Shown piece after piece: positions 19,704-29,700 of a stretch of DNA of 64,000 nt; within the stretch, counting starts at the first letter, position 1; every line of letters begins with the position of its first letter. Under the pieces are notes generated by a model, which searched no databases, was not told the origin of the DNA, and worked only from the letters and a program-made list of their open reading frames with translations. The stretch is from a virus. The position numbers and the translations under genes were made by a program. Location of the stretch: positions 23,068 to 87,067 of the IMG/VR virus record IMGVR_UViG_3300022602_004810; one strand, 5' to 3'.

Positions 19704-21082
19704 TCTGACTTCTTCAAGCCGGCTAACATACTCTTGAGTTTACTACTGTCAACAGTGGCATTCACTTTTGGAGCATCTGTAGATTCCTTAACTGTACTAC
19801 CTGTCTTAATTTGGCTTAGGATGTTTGCAACTCCACCATTCCCGGCATCATCACTGGCACCACTGTCCGTAATGCGCATAGTATCGATATCATAATCTAA
19901 GTCAATTTTCTGACCCACACCAGTTGAACTACGTGACTTCATACACTGAATTTGATAACGTCCACGTTCACGCATTGCACGTGACGTAAAGATACCGAAC
20001 ACATTATCTGCTGTATTAATTTTACTTAGACCACCAGCAATATGACTGTGATCAAATTCAATTTCTTCCACAGCACCGCGATTAAGTTGTGATGCGGTTA
20101 CAAATAACACATTAAGTTCTTTTGCTAGATTACGCAATTCTTCACTTACATATTTGTCCTTAACAAACAAGTCATTTGGACTAACTTTAGCACTTACAGG
20201 CATGACCAAATCCAAGTAGTCTACCATAACAAAATCAACTCGTTTACCAGTTTGAATCTGATATTCTTTCAAATATGCTCTAATGTCGTTGACGTTTGAC
20301 TGTGCTGGGAACCCTTTAATTTGATAGTTACCCGCTTTCTTACTTACTAGGCGCACTTTCATTGTAGTTGTGTCAATATCTTTACGGATATCTTTTGTGC
20401 CCATGCCTGTAAGCATAGCATCTGTTCTAAGTGCGCAAAGTTCTTCACTCAACTCTAAACTTACATACACTCCACTCAAACCCTGTTGTAACCAGCTAAG
20501 TGCAATGTTCATCATAACTAATGACTTACCAGAACCAGAGCCACCAGCAAAGATGTTTAGTTCACCGCGACTAAATCCACCATATAATAGCTTATCAAGT
20601 TGTGGCCAACCTGTTGATACCTGGCCACCGCTGTTGTAATACTTTTCAATACGTAGTTTAGGATCAGCAAAGTAATCTGTACCCATGTCTTTGGTCAAGC
20701 TAATTTGTACAGCATCTTTGATTAATTTTTCTACAGGATTGTAATCACCCTTTTCCAACATGTCTGCGGCTTTAAGAATAGCACGTTCAAGTTCTTGACG
20801 TTTAGTAAATCCCTCAAACTCATTCATAAACCATTCATAATGGCTTTCATTTAAATCTGGTACATGTTTTAGATCAGTGCCAGTAACTGCCTTGACCTGT
20901 TCAATAGTAGGCATGGCTCTGTGCTGATCTGTATGTTCTTTGATAAATTTAGCCACTTCACGTAGACTGCGATCAAAGTTTTCTGGATTGTAGATGTTCT
21001 GTACACGCACATAGCTCTGTGCGTCTTGTAGCATCATTTCAATAAAAAGTTTTTGTAAATCTAGTGAATAGTCTTTGCTCAT
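19700..21082 (-). CDS. Replicative DnaB-like helicase (T4 gp41-like)
   Basis: Walker A GGSGSGKS, SLEL, VDYLDL, TASQLNR and KSR. Confidence 0.93.
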   Translation of the reverse strand: MSKDYSLDLQKLFIEMMLQDAQSYVRVQNIYNPENFDRSLREVAKFIKEHTDQHRAMPTIEQVKAVTGTDLKHVPDLNESHYEWFMNEFEGFTKRQELERAILKAADMLEKGDYNPVEKLIKDAVQISLTKDMGTDYFADPKLRIEKYYNSGGQVSTGWPQLDKLLYGGFSRGELNIFAGGSGSGKSLVMMNIALSWLQQGLSGVYVSLELSEELCALRTDAMLTGMGTKDIRKDIDTTTMKVRLVSKKAGNYQIKGFPAQSNVNDIRAYLKEYQIQTGKRVDFVMVDYLDLVMPVSAKVSPNDLFVKDKYVSEELRNLAKELNVLFVTASQLNRGAVEEIEFDHSHIAGGLSKINTADNVFGIFTSRAMRERGRYQIQCMKSRSSTGVGQKIDLDYDIDTMRITDSGASDDAGNGGVANILSQIKTGSTVKESTDAPKVNATVDSSKLKSMLAGLKKSE

Positions 21083-22056
21083 ACTTTTCCGCAATTAAAC
21101 GTGCAATATACTGGTTTAGTTTCTTCTAATGTTTCAAAAAAGTTAACGGTTTTTGGTTCAGTTAAAATTTTTGATAGTGTAGTTTTACTTATATCATACA
21201 AATCTTTATTTTTATAAAAATCACTTTTATAATAAAAACGGTAATCTCCTGCCCAACAACAGGGAGAATAAAACCCTCTAGCAGATACAAAATGCATCGA
21301 ATTTGATACTTTACATATCGGACGAATATCTAATGTTGAACCACTTAGCCAATTTTTTTTAGATTCATTTCTGTTTCCGACATGAGCTCCATTATACAAC
21401 ACCTCGGTAACTGAATTATTTAACAACTTGATCTCAGAATCATTATGAAATTCAACAAAAGATGATGGTTTAAGCCAATCATCTTTTACCCATCTATCAC
21501 TATTAATTAACATAAAATCATCCATGCCCAATTGAATGCTTAGTTCTTTGGCTTCATTGATTGTACTTTCATTATAACTGAAAAGAATACATTTCCAAAC
21601 AACTTTGGCTGAACCGTTAACTAATACATTTATGCCATTTTTAATACTATCCCAATTTGCATTTATTCGATAGTTTGTAAAGTTATCTGGAGTTCCATCA
21701 ATTGAAAAAGAAACTATATCGTTACAATCTAATAACTCATTGAGCTGTTCCCACCAATCAACAGTTTTATGGCTGCCATTGGTATGTATATTAACTATTG
21801 CCCCCGATGTTTTTAAAAATTTTATTAATTCGATTAGTTGTGGGTAATATATAGGATCACCGTCATTGCCAATTAAACTTACCAAAACCCCAGTAAGATC
21901 TATATCTAAGAATTTTTTTAATTGCTCTAAATCTAAATTTTGATTAGTCCATTTATTTGGAAATTGATTAATAAACTCAGTACGACTGCATCGTGGACAC
22001 TTTAAGGTACACATGTTTGTAGTCTCGATATGTATCCCCCGCAATTTATCAAGCAT
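21079..22056 (-). CDS. Radical SAM protein with SPASM/twitch-type C-terminus (AT-rich)
   Basis: CTLKCPRC, GNDGDP, TNGS, GFYSPCC and CTFNC; paralog of 18705-19703. Confidence 0.9.
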   Translation of the reverse strand: MLDKLRGIHIETTNMCTLKCPRCSRTEFINQFPNKWTNQNLDLEQLKKFLDIDLTGVLVSLIGNDGDPIYYPQLIELIKFLKTSGAIVNIHTNGSHKTVDWWEQLNELLDCNDIVSFSIDGTPDNFTNYRINANWDSIKNGINVLVNGSAKVVWKCILFSYNESTINEAKELSIQLGMDDFMLINSDRWVKDDWLKPSSFVEFHNDSEIKLLNNSVTEVLYNGAHVGNRNESKKNWLSGSTLDIRPICKVSNSMHFVSARGFYSPCCWAGDYRFYYKSDFYKNKDLYDISKTTLSKILTEPKTVNFFETLEETKPVYCTFNCGKV

Positions 22057-23083
22057 GTAACTTTTTCCTCATTAGTTCAATTTTTAACTTACTTGATTCT
22101 CTAGCATCTAAAATGCTCTTAAGCACAAATAGTTTACCATATTTAACCACAGCTTCATTAATATCTTTACAGGTCTCTTGCCATACAGGAAAGCTAGCCG
22201 ACCAGCCATATTCCATTGCGTTTTGTAGTAATTTTGCACCCGCCTTATCACGATCTGCCACTACAATAACTTCTTTGCCTAAGCTCTCAATGATTTCAGC
22301 TTGAGTTTCACTACACTCATTGCTCATGACTGCAACACCATCTACTGACATCGCATCAAATGGGCCTTCACAGACTATGACAAACTTACTATCAGGTAGT
22401 TGATTGTTTATGTTGAACACAAAGTTAGGTTCATAGTTGCTATAGTATTTAGGCTTAACGCCATCTACAAACGCACGGCTAGTGTAGCCAATGGTCCGAC
22501 CTTCCCAAATCATAGGAATGATCACACGTTGATGCAGGCTGTGTTCTGTGCTATCAGTCCAATAAAAGTCATACTTATCGTAGTTCATTTTACGACTGTT
22601 TGTGTAGTCAACAGCTGAGTTTAGTAGTGGGGGTACATTTTTAAAATCACTCAATGTGTAAAATGATATGAATTGCTGAAAGCTAAGTGCATCTTTGGGC
22701 AGTTCTCTGACCTTAAACTCAATCTTTTCTTCAGCTTCAGCTTTAACTTCTTCTGGGTTAACTAGTTCACGGATACGAATAGCTTCAATAACTAGGCGTT
22801 TAATGTCGTTTTCATCAGCACCTAACCAACGTAAGAGTTTACGGAATTTGAATGTTAAGTGACGACCTGGTTGATAACTAGCTTTGAAGTTACAATTGAA
22901 ACACGAATATGAGATACTCCCGTCAGCATTAGCCGTAAGTCCGCCTCTGCCTCTAGTGTCGGCTGTTTCGCCGTTGTGTACGCAACATGGAGCATTTCCT
23001 GAAATCCAGCCAGATGGACTAGACTTTGTTTTGCGTCCAGTTTTCCATAAGGCTACAGTAAAATCTGATATTATTTTAATCAA
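22049..23083 (-). CDS. DNA primase (T4 gp61-like; Zn finger plus TOPRIM)
   Basis: CC..CFNC zinc ligands, CEGPFDA, DRD and KDINEA; TTG start overlaps the endonuclease stop. Confidence 0.9.
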   Translation of the reverse strand: MIKIISDFTVALWKTGRKTKSSPSGWISGNAPCCVHNGETADTRGRGGLTANADGSISYSCFNCNFKASYQPGRHLTFKFRKLLRWLGADENDIKRLVIEAIRIRELVNPEEVKAEAEEKIEFKVRELPKDALSFQQFISFYTLSDFKNVPPLLNSAVDYTNSRKMNYDKYDFYWTDSTEHSLHQRVIIPMIWEGRTIGYTSRAFVDGVKPKYYSNYEPNFVFNINNQLPDSKFVIVCEGPFDAMSVDGVAVMSNECSETQAEIIESLGKEVIVVADRDKAGAKLLQNAMEYGWSASFPVWQETCKDINEAVVKYGKLFVLKSILDARESSKLKIELMRKKLHA

Positions 23084-23735
23084 TGCGTTTTACTTTCCAG
23101 TGATTATTATCTTTACGGGTACGAGTAGTAACAGTATTATTATAACACTTTCTGTATGCACCGAACAACTGCCAATAGCCTATTTTTAATTCGTTTTCGT
23201 GTAATTTGGCAAAATCTTTTAACCCCAAGTCAGTCTCCCAAATTCTACCGTCTGGGGATTCTATTAAATATTTGCCTTTGTGAGCATCACTTTTTCGTTT
23301 CTTTGTCTCTTCTGAATCCGGTGTTGTAGCATAGCGTTGTTTTTGTCCCACACTACAATTAGCACTTCGTTGTGCTTTTTTCTCTGGGCTCATAGTTCTG
23401 TGATGCTTTGTGGCTAAATCTCTAGCAAGAGCAGAGTCTACACCATCACCACCTATAGTCATATTATAACCTTCATTAATAGAATTGTAGTGTTGTATCC
23501 AATGTATTTCTCTCTCGTTTAATTGTTCTTTTGTCCAAGCATCATCTTGTTCAATAATTTCAAATTTCATATTTTGCCAACCATACTTTTTAATAGCATT
23601 GGCTACTTTTCTATCTGTTTTATCGTATTTTTCTAATCTGAGGTACCATCTTTCTTTTTCTTCAACCGATACTGTAGATTGTCCTACATAGACTTTAGAT
23701 GAGGGTGATGTAATAAGGTAAATGAATTTTGACAT
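23076..23735 (-). CDS. Free-standing GIY-YIG homing endonuclease with NUMOD3 motif
   Basis: FIYLIT..KVYVGQS, LNEREIHWI, GYNMTIGG and SEETKKRKSDAHKG. Confidence 0.9.
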   Translation of the reverse strand: MSKFIYLITSPSSKVYVGQSTVSVEEKERWYLRLEKYDKTDRKVANAIKKYGWQNMKFEIIEQDDAWTKEQLNEREIHWIQHYNSINEGYNMTIGGDGVDSALARDLATKHHRTMSPEKKAQRSANCSVGQKQRYATTPDSEETKKRKSDAHKGKYLIESPDGRIWETDLGLKDFAKLHENELKIGYWQLFGAYRKCYNNTVTTRTRKDNNHWKVKRID

Positions 23736-23777
23736 ATAAGTATTTATGTCAATTAGCAATTAAAGCAAATGATTTGA

Positions 23778-24116
23778 TTAGAACGAAGTGGTTATGCTAC
23801 TGCGAACCCAAGTATTAGCCGCTGTACATACGTACATATAGCTACTATCTACAGCAACTTGTCCAATTACTCCAGAACTATTGCTGTGCGTTGGTGGAAT
23901 ATTAACTAAACTTAATCCTTGAAATCCGATAATGTCGTTAACAGTTAGAATAATATTACCAGTGCGACCAGCTACACTAGTTACACTATTTGACAGGGCA
24001 TTTACGTTGTTTTTAACAATTTGAAAGTTATTATTAATTATACTAAATGCTGAGCGTAATGGATCCCCATCGCCTGCGCTAGGGCCTGAACCAATGTTAA
24101 CGTTTGCTAATATCAT
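23778..24116 (-). CDS. Tail/baseplate-associated structural protein
   Basis: NIGS.P..GDGDPLRSAF..IN.NF, VTSVAGRTG and YMYVCTAANTW fibre motifs. Confidence 0.7.
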   Translation of the reverse strand: MILANVNIGSGPSAGDGDPLRSAFSIINNNFQIVKNNVNALSNSVTSVAGRTGNIILTVNDIIGFQGLSLVNIPPTHSNSSGVIGQVAVDSSYMYVCTAANTWVRSSITTSF

Positions 24117-24139
24117 ATTTGTTCTCTGTTATTGTATAT

Positions 24140-25297
24140 TTATAGTTTTACGATACTAATATAACCTGCGGTGTTATTATAAAATCCTAGGTTGGTAATG
24201 CTTGCACCATTAAATGTGCCGCTTAGATCAAACTGTCCGTCGCTGGTTGCCACTGATGTAGCATTAGCATCAATATAACTACCGCCACCGCCGCCTGAGT
24301 CAATGGTTGGAGCAATTCCGCCATATGCACCACCACCACCTGAGTAGCCACCACCACCGCCCCCAGTGATAGGACCAGATCCACCACCGCCACCAAATCC
24401 ACCAAAACTTGTGCTAGGTGGTACATAACTAGTAGAATATATAGCACCGTTTGCGCCAAATTGGAAACTATTACCGCCGCCACCATATGAGCCACCAACA
24501 GCCACCTGAGTATTATTTGACCAAGTGGTAGTTGCTGTTATAAATGAGCCATTGCCTGACCATCCGCCGCCACCACCACCATCGTAGGTGTTGGTACTAG
24601 TTGTACCTATGACGTTGACGTGTGTGTTACCGCCTTGCCCAGCAACACCACCAGGAGCACCAAAGCGTAGAGTGGTTGTAGTAGCACCAAGGTTACCAGC
24701 ACTGTTACCACCACGACGAGTGGTCACACCATAGCCACCTGGTAATATATTTGTGTTACTTGTCCAGGCGCCAGGTCCGCCGCCGCCACCTGCTATGATC
24801 AGCGGACTAACATTAGCAAAACCTTGAGCTATATTGCCTAAGGCGACAAAACTACCACCACCACCACCAGGACTAGAATAGGTACTAGGCTGTGTAGTAT
24901 TAGCACTAGGTTGTCCTACTACCAGAGTAATTTTTTGTCCGCGTCGTAGATTAAACACGCCTTGTATTACAGCGCCGCGACCGTGTGCATTACCGTAGGT
25001 AGTGTTTCCAGCAAAAGTACTAATCACTCCACTGCGACTGCCAGCCGCTGTAATACGATACGGACCTGTATGCGGTACTGTCCATACTTGATATCCTTGC
25101 CAAGCGCCTGGTACTGTAAAGAAGTTTGTATTAGTTAACCAAGTATTACCTGCGTTACTGTATGTATTGTATAAATTACCTAGTGTAGGTCCGTATTGTC
25201 CTACAATATTTGAGGTAAAGTTAAACATAGAGAATGCGTATAGATCAGTTAGATCGTATACAGTACCACCTATAATTGTTCCACCTAATATTATCAT
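24140..25297 (-). CDS. Glycine-rich virion protein (ALK/LTK-type glycine-rich domain)
   Basis: QVWTVP.TG.Y.I.A.G, GGGGGSFV, LIIAGGGGG and GGGGGYSGGGG. Confidence 0.75.
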   Translation of the reverse strand: MIILGGTIIGGTVYDLTDLYAFSMFNFTSNIVGQYGPTLGNLYNTYSNAGNTWLTNTNFFTVPGAWQGYQVWTVPHTGPYRITAAGSRSGVISTFAGNTTYGNAHGRGAVIQGVFNLRRGQKITLVVGQPSANTTQPSTYSSPGGGGGSFVALGNIAQGFANVSPLIIAGGGGGPGAWTSNTNILPGGYGVTTRRGGNSAGNLGATTTTLRFGAPGGVAGQGGNTHVNVIGTTSTNTYDGGGGGGWSGNGSFITATTTWSNNTQVAVGGSYGGGGNSFQFGANGAIYSTSYVPPSTSFGGFGGGGGSGPITGGGGGGYSGGGGAYGGIAPTIDSGGGGGSYIDANATSVATSDGQFDLSGTFNGASITNLGFYNNTAGYISIVKL

Positions 25298-26019
25298 TAT
25301 ATTCCAAACCTTGAACGAACTGCTTGATAGTTTTGATTGATCTGTGTATTACCAAAGGCAGTGTTGTAAATGCGGACAACACCTAGTCCACCACCCCAAT
25401 AATCACCAAGGTCCCAACGACGCATCAACACTATACCACTTTGTGAACTGGTAGATGAACCCGTGTAGGCAAGTGTGCTGACCTGCGTATTATTTACAAA
25501 CAGTTTAATTGTCGTGCCATCATAGGTACCCACAATGTGATTCCAAGTATTAGTAGTCAATGAATAAGCTGGAGTAGCATGCCAACTACCGTCCCAGAAT
25601 CCGTTTTGTAAGCCACCAGAAACATCAACGCCAAGGCTAAAGTTAATCCTACTAGTAACCCCAGGATACTGTTCTGTGACGATACAAGGATCTGCCCCTG
25701 TGTTAGTACCAGTGTAGTAGTGCCATGTTTCCACAGTCCAGCTTGGTAAATTACCAAAACTTTGATTTGGACTATAAGCGTATTGACTGCTAGCTGGTAC
25801 GAAATTAATATATCCACCGTTGTTGGTACTGAATGTAGGACTGCCGCTTAGAGTAAATGATAAGCCGTTGACCGTATCACGCCAAGTGGTGTTACCAGAG
25901 AAACTACTGGTCAGGCCAGCATCTAAGTTCATCACAAGGTTAGCTGTGATATAGCCAATGGTGCTAACAATGTTTATCCCACCACCTATAGTAATTCCTG
26001 ATCCTATTGTTAATGCCAT
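25297..26019 (-). CDS. LamG/concanavalin-A-like lectin domain virion protein
   Basis: LVMNLDAG..S, WNHIVGTYDG..IKLFVN, RIYN.A...QI.QNY...R.RFG. Confidence 0.8.
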   Translation of the reverse strand: MALTIGSGITIGGGINIVSTIGYITANLVMNLDAGLTSSFSGNTTWRDTVNGLSFTLSGSPTFSTNNGGYINFVPASSQYAYSPNQSFGNLPSWTVETWHYYTGTNTGADPCIVTEQYPGVTSRINFSLGVDVSGGLQNGFWDGSWHATPAYSLTTNTWNHIVGTYDGTTIKLFVNNTQVSTLAYTGSSTSSQSGIVLMRRWDLGDYWGGGLGVVRIYNTAFGNTQINQNYQAVRSRFGI

Positions 26020-26020
26020 A

Positions 26021-26761
26021 TTATACACTATACCTAAATCGTAATGCGCTGAAATTTTGATTGACTTCTAAAGCTGACAAGGCGCGATTGTAGATCTTCC
26101 AAGCACCAATGTAACCATTGAAGTATGGAAAGCCATTGATACCTATGTAGTCATTACCAGGGAAGCCCATGCTTAAAAACGTACTACCAGGATTGCCTTT
26201 TGCGCCATCTGTTGATCCTGCGAATGCCCCATTGACATAGGTTTTAAGTGTTGGACTAACTGTGACATCATAGGACATCACAATGTGATACCAATTGGTT
26301 GATGTCCAACCAGGACCTGTGACATATCCAGTATTGTATAGGCCCATATTGATCGTACCGTTGGTAAAGCCCATTTGGTTATCAGTCCAGCCACCGTAAT
26401 TGTATCCAGGATCCCATTGACCCCATTCTGCTATCAGTGTACCTGGTGAGCCCGCACTTAAATTTCGTGCCCATACATCAAATGTAAATGCTGAGTCTAA
26501 ATCTGCGCCATAACCAACACCACCAACATAGCCAAAGTATTGACTACTGGCGCTGGCTAATTGTAACACTGTAAATCCGTTGACTTTGGCTGTACTAGGA
26601 CTATTAAACAAGGTAGCATCATAACCATTACCACTGCTGTCAGCAAGAGTACTACCACTGATGCCCGTGGCGGCATCGTAGTTGGCATATAGTCCCGCAG
26701 TGACGATATTAAAATGGTCTACTATGTAAGTGCCTGTGAGTGTTACCCCTTGTATGATCAT
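26021..26761 (-). CDS. LamG/concanavalin-A-like lectin domain virion protein
   Basis: DSSGNG, WYHIVMSYD..KTYVNG, FNGYIG..KIYNRALS..EV.QNF. Confidence 0.8.
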   Translation of the reverse strand: MIIQGVTLTGTYIVDHFNIVTAGLYANYDAATGISGSTLADSSGNGYDATLFNSPSTAKVNGFTVLQLASASSQYFGYVGGVGYGADLDSAFTFDVWARNLSAGSPGTLIAEWGQWDPGYNYGGWTDNQMGFTNGTINMGLYNTGYVTGPGWTSTNWYHIVMSYDVTVSPTLKTYVNGAFAGSTDGAKGNPGSTFLSMGFPGNDYIGINGFPYFNGYIGAWKIYNRALSALEVNQNFSALRFRYSV

Positions 26762-26764
26762 AAT

Positions 26765-29700
26765 TTACCAGTCAATTCTCAATTGACGCACCCACATTTG
26801 AGCAGTGCTGCCGCCTGTGTAGGCCGCTACTCCATAGTAGTTACCTGACGGAGTCCAAGTGCCAATATTCACAGCGCCTTGGTATGCTTCATTTAGATAT
26901 ACTTCCAACATACGAGCACCGTTTTGTATTTTACGTATTTTCAATGTCAAGTTATAGAAACTTGTATAAGATGCGTTCCAAACAGTGATACCGCTTGGAT
27001 TATATGAACTAGATCCTTCTAATATAAATGGAATGTTAGTCTGTGTGCCGTTAACGTAAACTTCAAATTGATTTGCTCCAGAATAGAAGTGGTTAAAAAC
27101 TGCTATGCCGCCAAAACTATTAGTATTACCTGGATTACCTGAGACCACAGCATTGGCACCAAAATAAATCCATTGTCCGTCAGCACCAGTACCACCACTG
27201 GCACCAATACTTGCCGTAATGGTCATGTCATAGATATAGTTAACTGTGCTACTGTTCCAGCTGATATAACCGCTTTGTGAAGTAGTAGTGGTAGTTAGTT
27301 TCAACCCGTATGCTTGAGTGCTATCCCATGTAGCATTACCGCCAATGGTACCACTTGGTGTAAATGCTGACAATGCTGAGGTGGTGTTGGCCTGCCAAGT
27401 GTCCCACAAGAAACGTGTCTGCGGTCCACTGCTGCCACCAGCCGTGATGTTACCTGTGTATGAGGCTGTGGTACCATAACTGTTACCATATTGTGTAGCA
27501 ACTATGCCACCGGCTGTGACGTTACCAGTGTAGGTAGCTGTTGTACCAACAGTATTGCCAATGAAGTATCCAGTGCCTGAGGTTGATACACTGTTGTTCA
27601 CAGTCATATTCAAGTTGCCAGCTACAGTCAGCTGCATCTGAGCACTGCCATTGTTGTAGAAGCTCAATGGCAAGTATGTGCCTGCGCCGTTGATGCCTGA
27701 TACTAGTTGGACATCTGTTGTACCATTGGTAGCAATCAAGATCTTACTTGCGGCTGTTAGGTTACCACTGTTGGCCGCTTGCCAACTTGCTGATGTGGCT
27801 GTACCACTTGGAACTGCATAGATACCTGGACTGGCATTGGCCGCTGTAGGAGCAAATATCGTTCTGCTGTTTACAGTAGCATTACTAAAGTCACCCAAGA
27901 TATAAGAATTAGAAGGGAATATTACATTGCCTGCCAATGTTAGATTACCGTCGATGCCAAACGTATAGAGGGCTGTACCTGTAAAGGTACCAACCCTGTT
28001 AGGACTGTAATTTTGTAGAACAAATGAATTACCGGCTATGCCTCCTGGCACAGATATAACATCACCATTCTTATATCCAGTACCAGAATTATATATAGTC
28101 AAGGTAGAGATGTAACCACCTGTGGCACTATAGTTTGCTGTCATGCCTGTTCCACTACCACCTATCACTGGTTGGTTAGCGTAAGGAGGGCTGTTGAATC
28201 CGCCATTGCTGGTTATACTAGTAGCAATGTTATATTGTCCATTGGCACGTAATGTTAAATTGTAGGTATTAGATCCGATCTGACCGCCAAAGAATACGTT
28301 ACCAGTGGCAGTAGCAGTAGTTCCTATAGTTACAGTAGTTGCGACACCGCCCATGTTGATAGTTGTACCAACACCGTTAAATACAGCTATTGTAGATTGG
28401 TTGGTAACCAATCCTGAAGCACTTTGTATAGTTACAGGACCACTACTGACAAGCCCAGCATTGTTGTATAGACTCATACCAGCTGTGCTCAATGACATGT
28501 ATAGACTAGTAGCACCTGTGTATCCTGTAGCGACATTGGCAGTTACAGCACCTCCAGTGGCATACCAGTTCAGACTAGTAGGGCCATTTATCAAATCTGC
28601 CGCACCAGTTTGTGTATTACGGAAACGCATCACACCATTGGCATCAAAGTAAATGTTATTTCCAATGTGTGTTGCATAACCAAAGGTCGGAACAGCGCCA
28701 GAATTGACAATGGCAGTGTTGGCACCTAAGAACAATGAAGTTGCGCTGGCTTGTAGATTGGATATAGTGCCAATGTTACTATTAATAAAGGTTGCTGAGC
28801 TGTTAGCTAAGAACGTAGCAACTTGTACATTACTGTAACTACTGCCACTTGCTGTAGTCTGTGTTGTACCGTCTGGGAATGTTAGTACTCCGCTTACACC
28901 AAGTCTAATATTAGCGATATTACCTGAGTAAGTTGGCAAGTATGTTGCTACTTGAACGTTACTATAACTACCGCCACTGGCTACAATACCAGTTAAGAAC
29001 GCACCATTACCGTAGAAGTAGCCTGCGGTTTGTATGTTACCAGCTGTGAATAATTGTGGAACATTTACATTGCCTAGATTGTCAAAGACTGAAGTGTATA
29101 CGCCAGCTTGTAAGGTCACATTAGGTTGTAGACCTGTTACATTACCTATAACATTAATATTACCAGTTACATAAGTTGCTGTAATATTACCTGTGGTGTT
29201 GATTGTAGCTGTGTTCAAATATGTTTGAACAGCGGTATTACTATAAGCAGTGGTTTGTTGTGAACTATCTGGGAATACTACACCACCTGGTAGACCAAGA
29301 TAACCACTGTTGCCAAATGTATACTGTACGCTACCACCATTGGTATTAATAGCAAACTGATATGGTACTAAGATTTCGCTGTTTAAGCTGTTAACTTCAA
29401 AGAACTGTGTGCCGTACGGAAATGCTATACTGCTAGCGCCAAGTGTTACGTTGCCAATATTGCCAAAGTAAGTAGGCAAGTATGCGGCTACCTGTACATT
29501 GCTGTAGTTACTGCTGCTAGCAATACCAGTTAGTAGCGCACCGTTACCTATGAAGTAACGTGCTGTGACGTTGCCTGCTACTGATACGTTGGCAATATTG
29601 CCATACTGTAGATATTGTGCTACATTAGCGTTGCCATACGCACTACCTGTAGCTGCCGTAGTCATTGTAGTACCATCAGCAAAGGTTAATACTCCACTGG

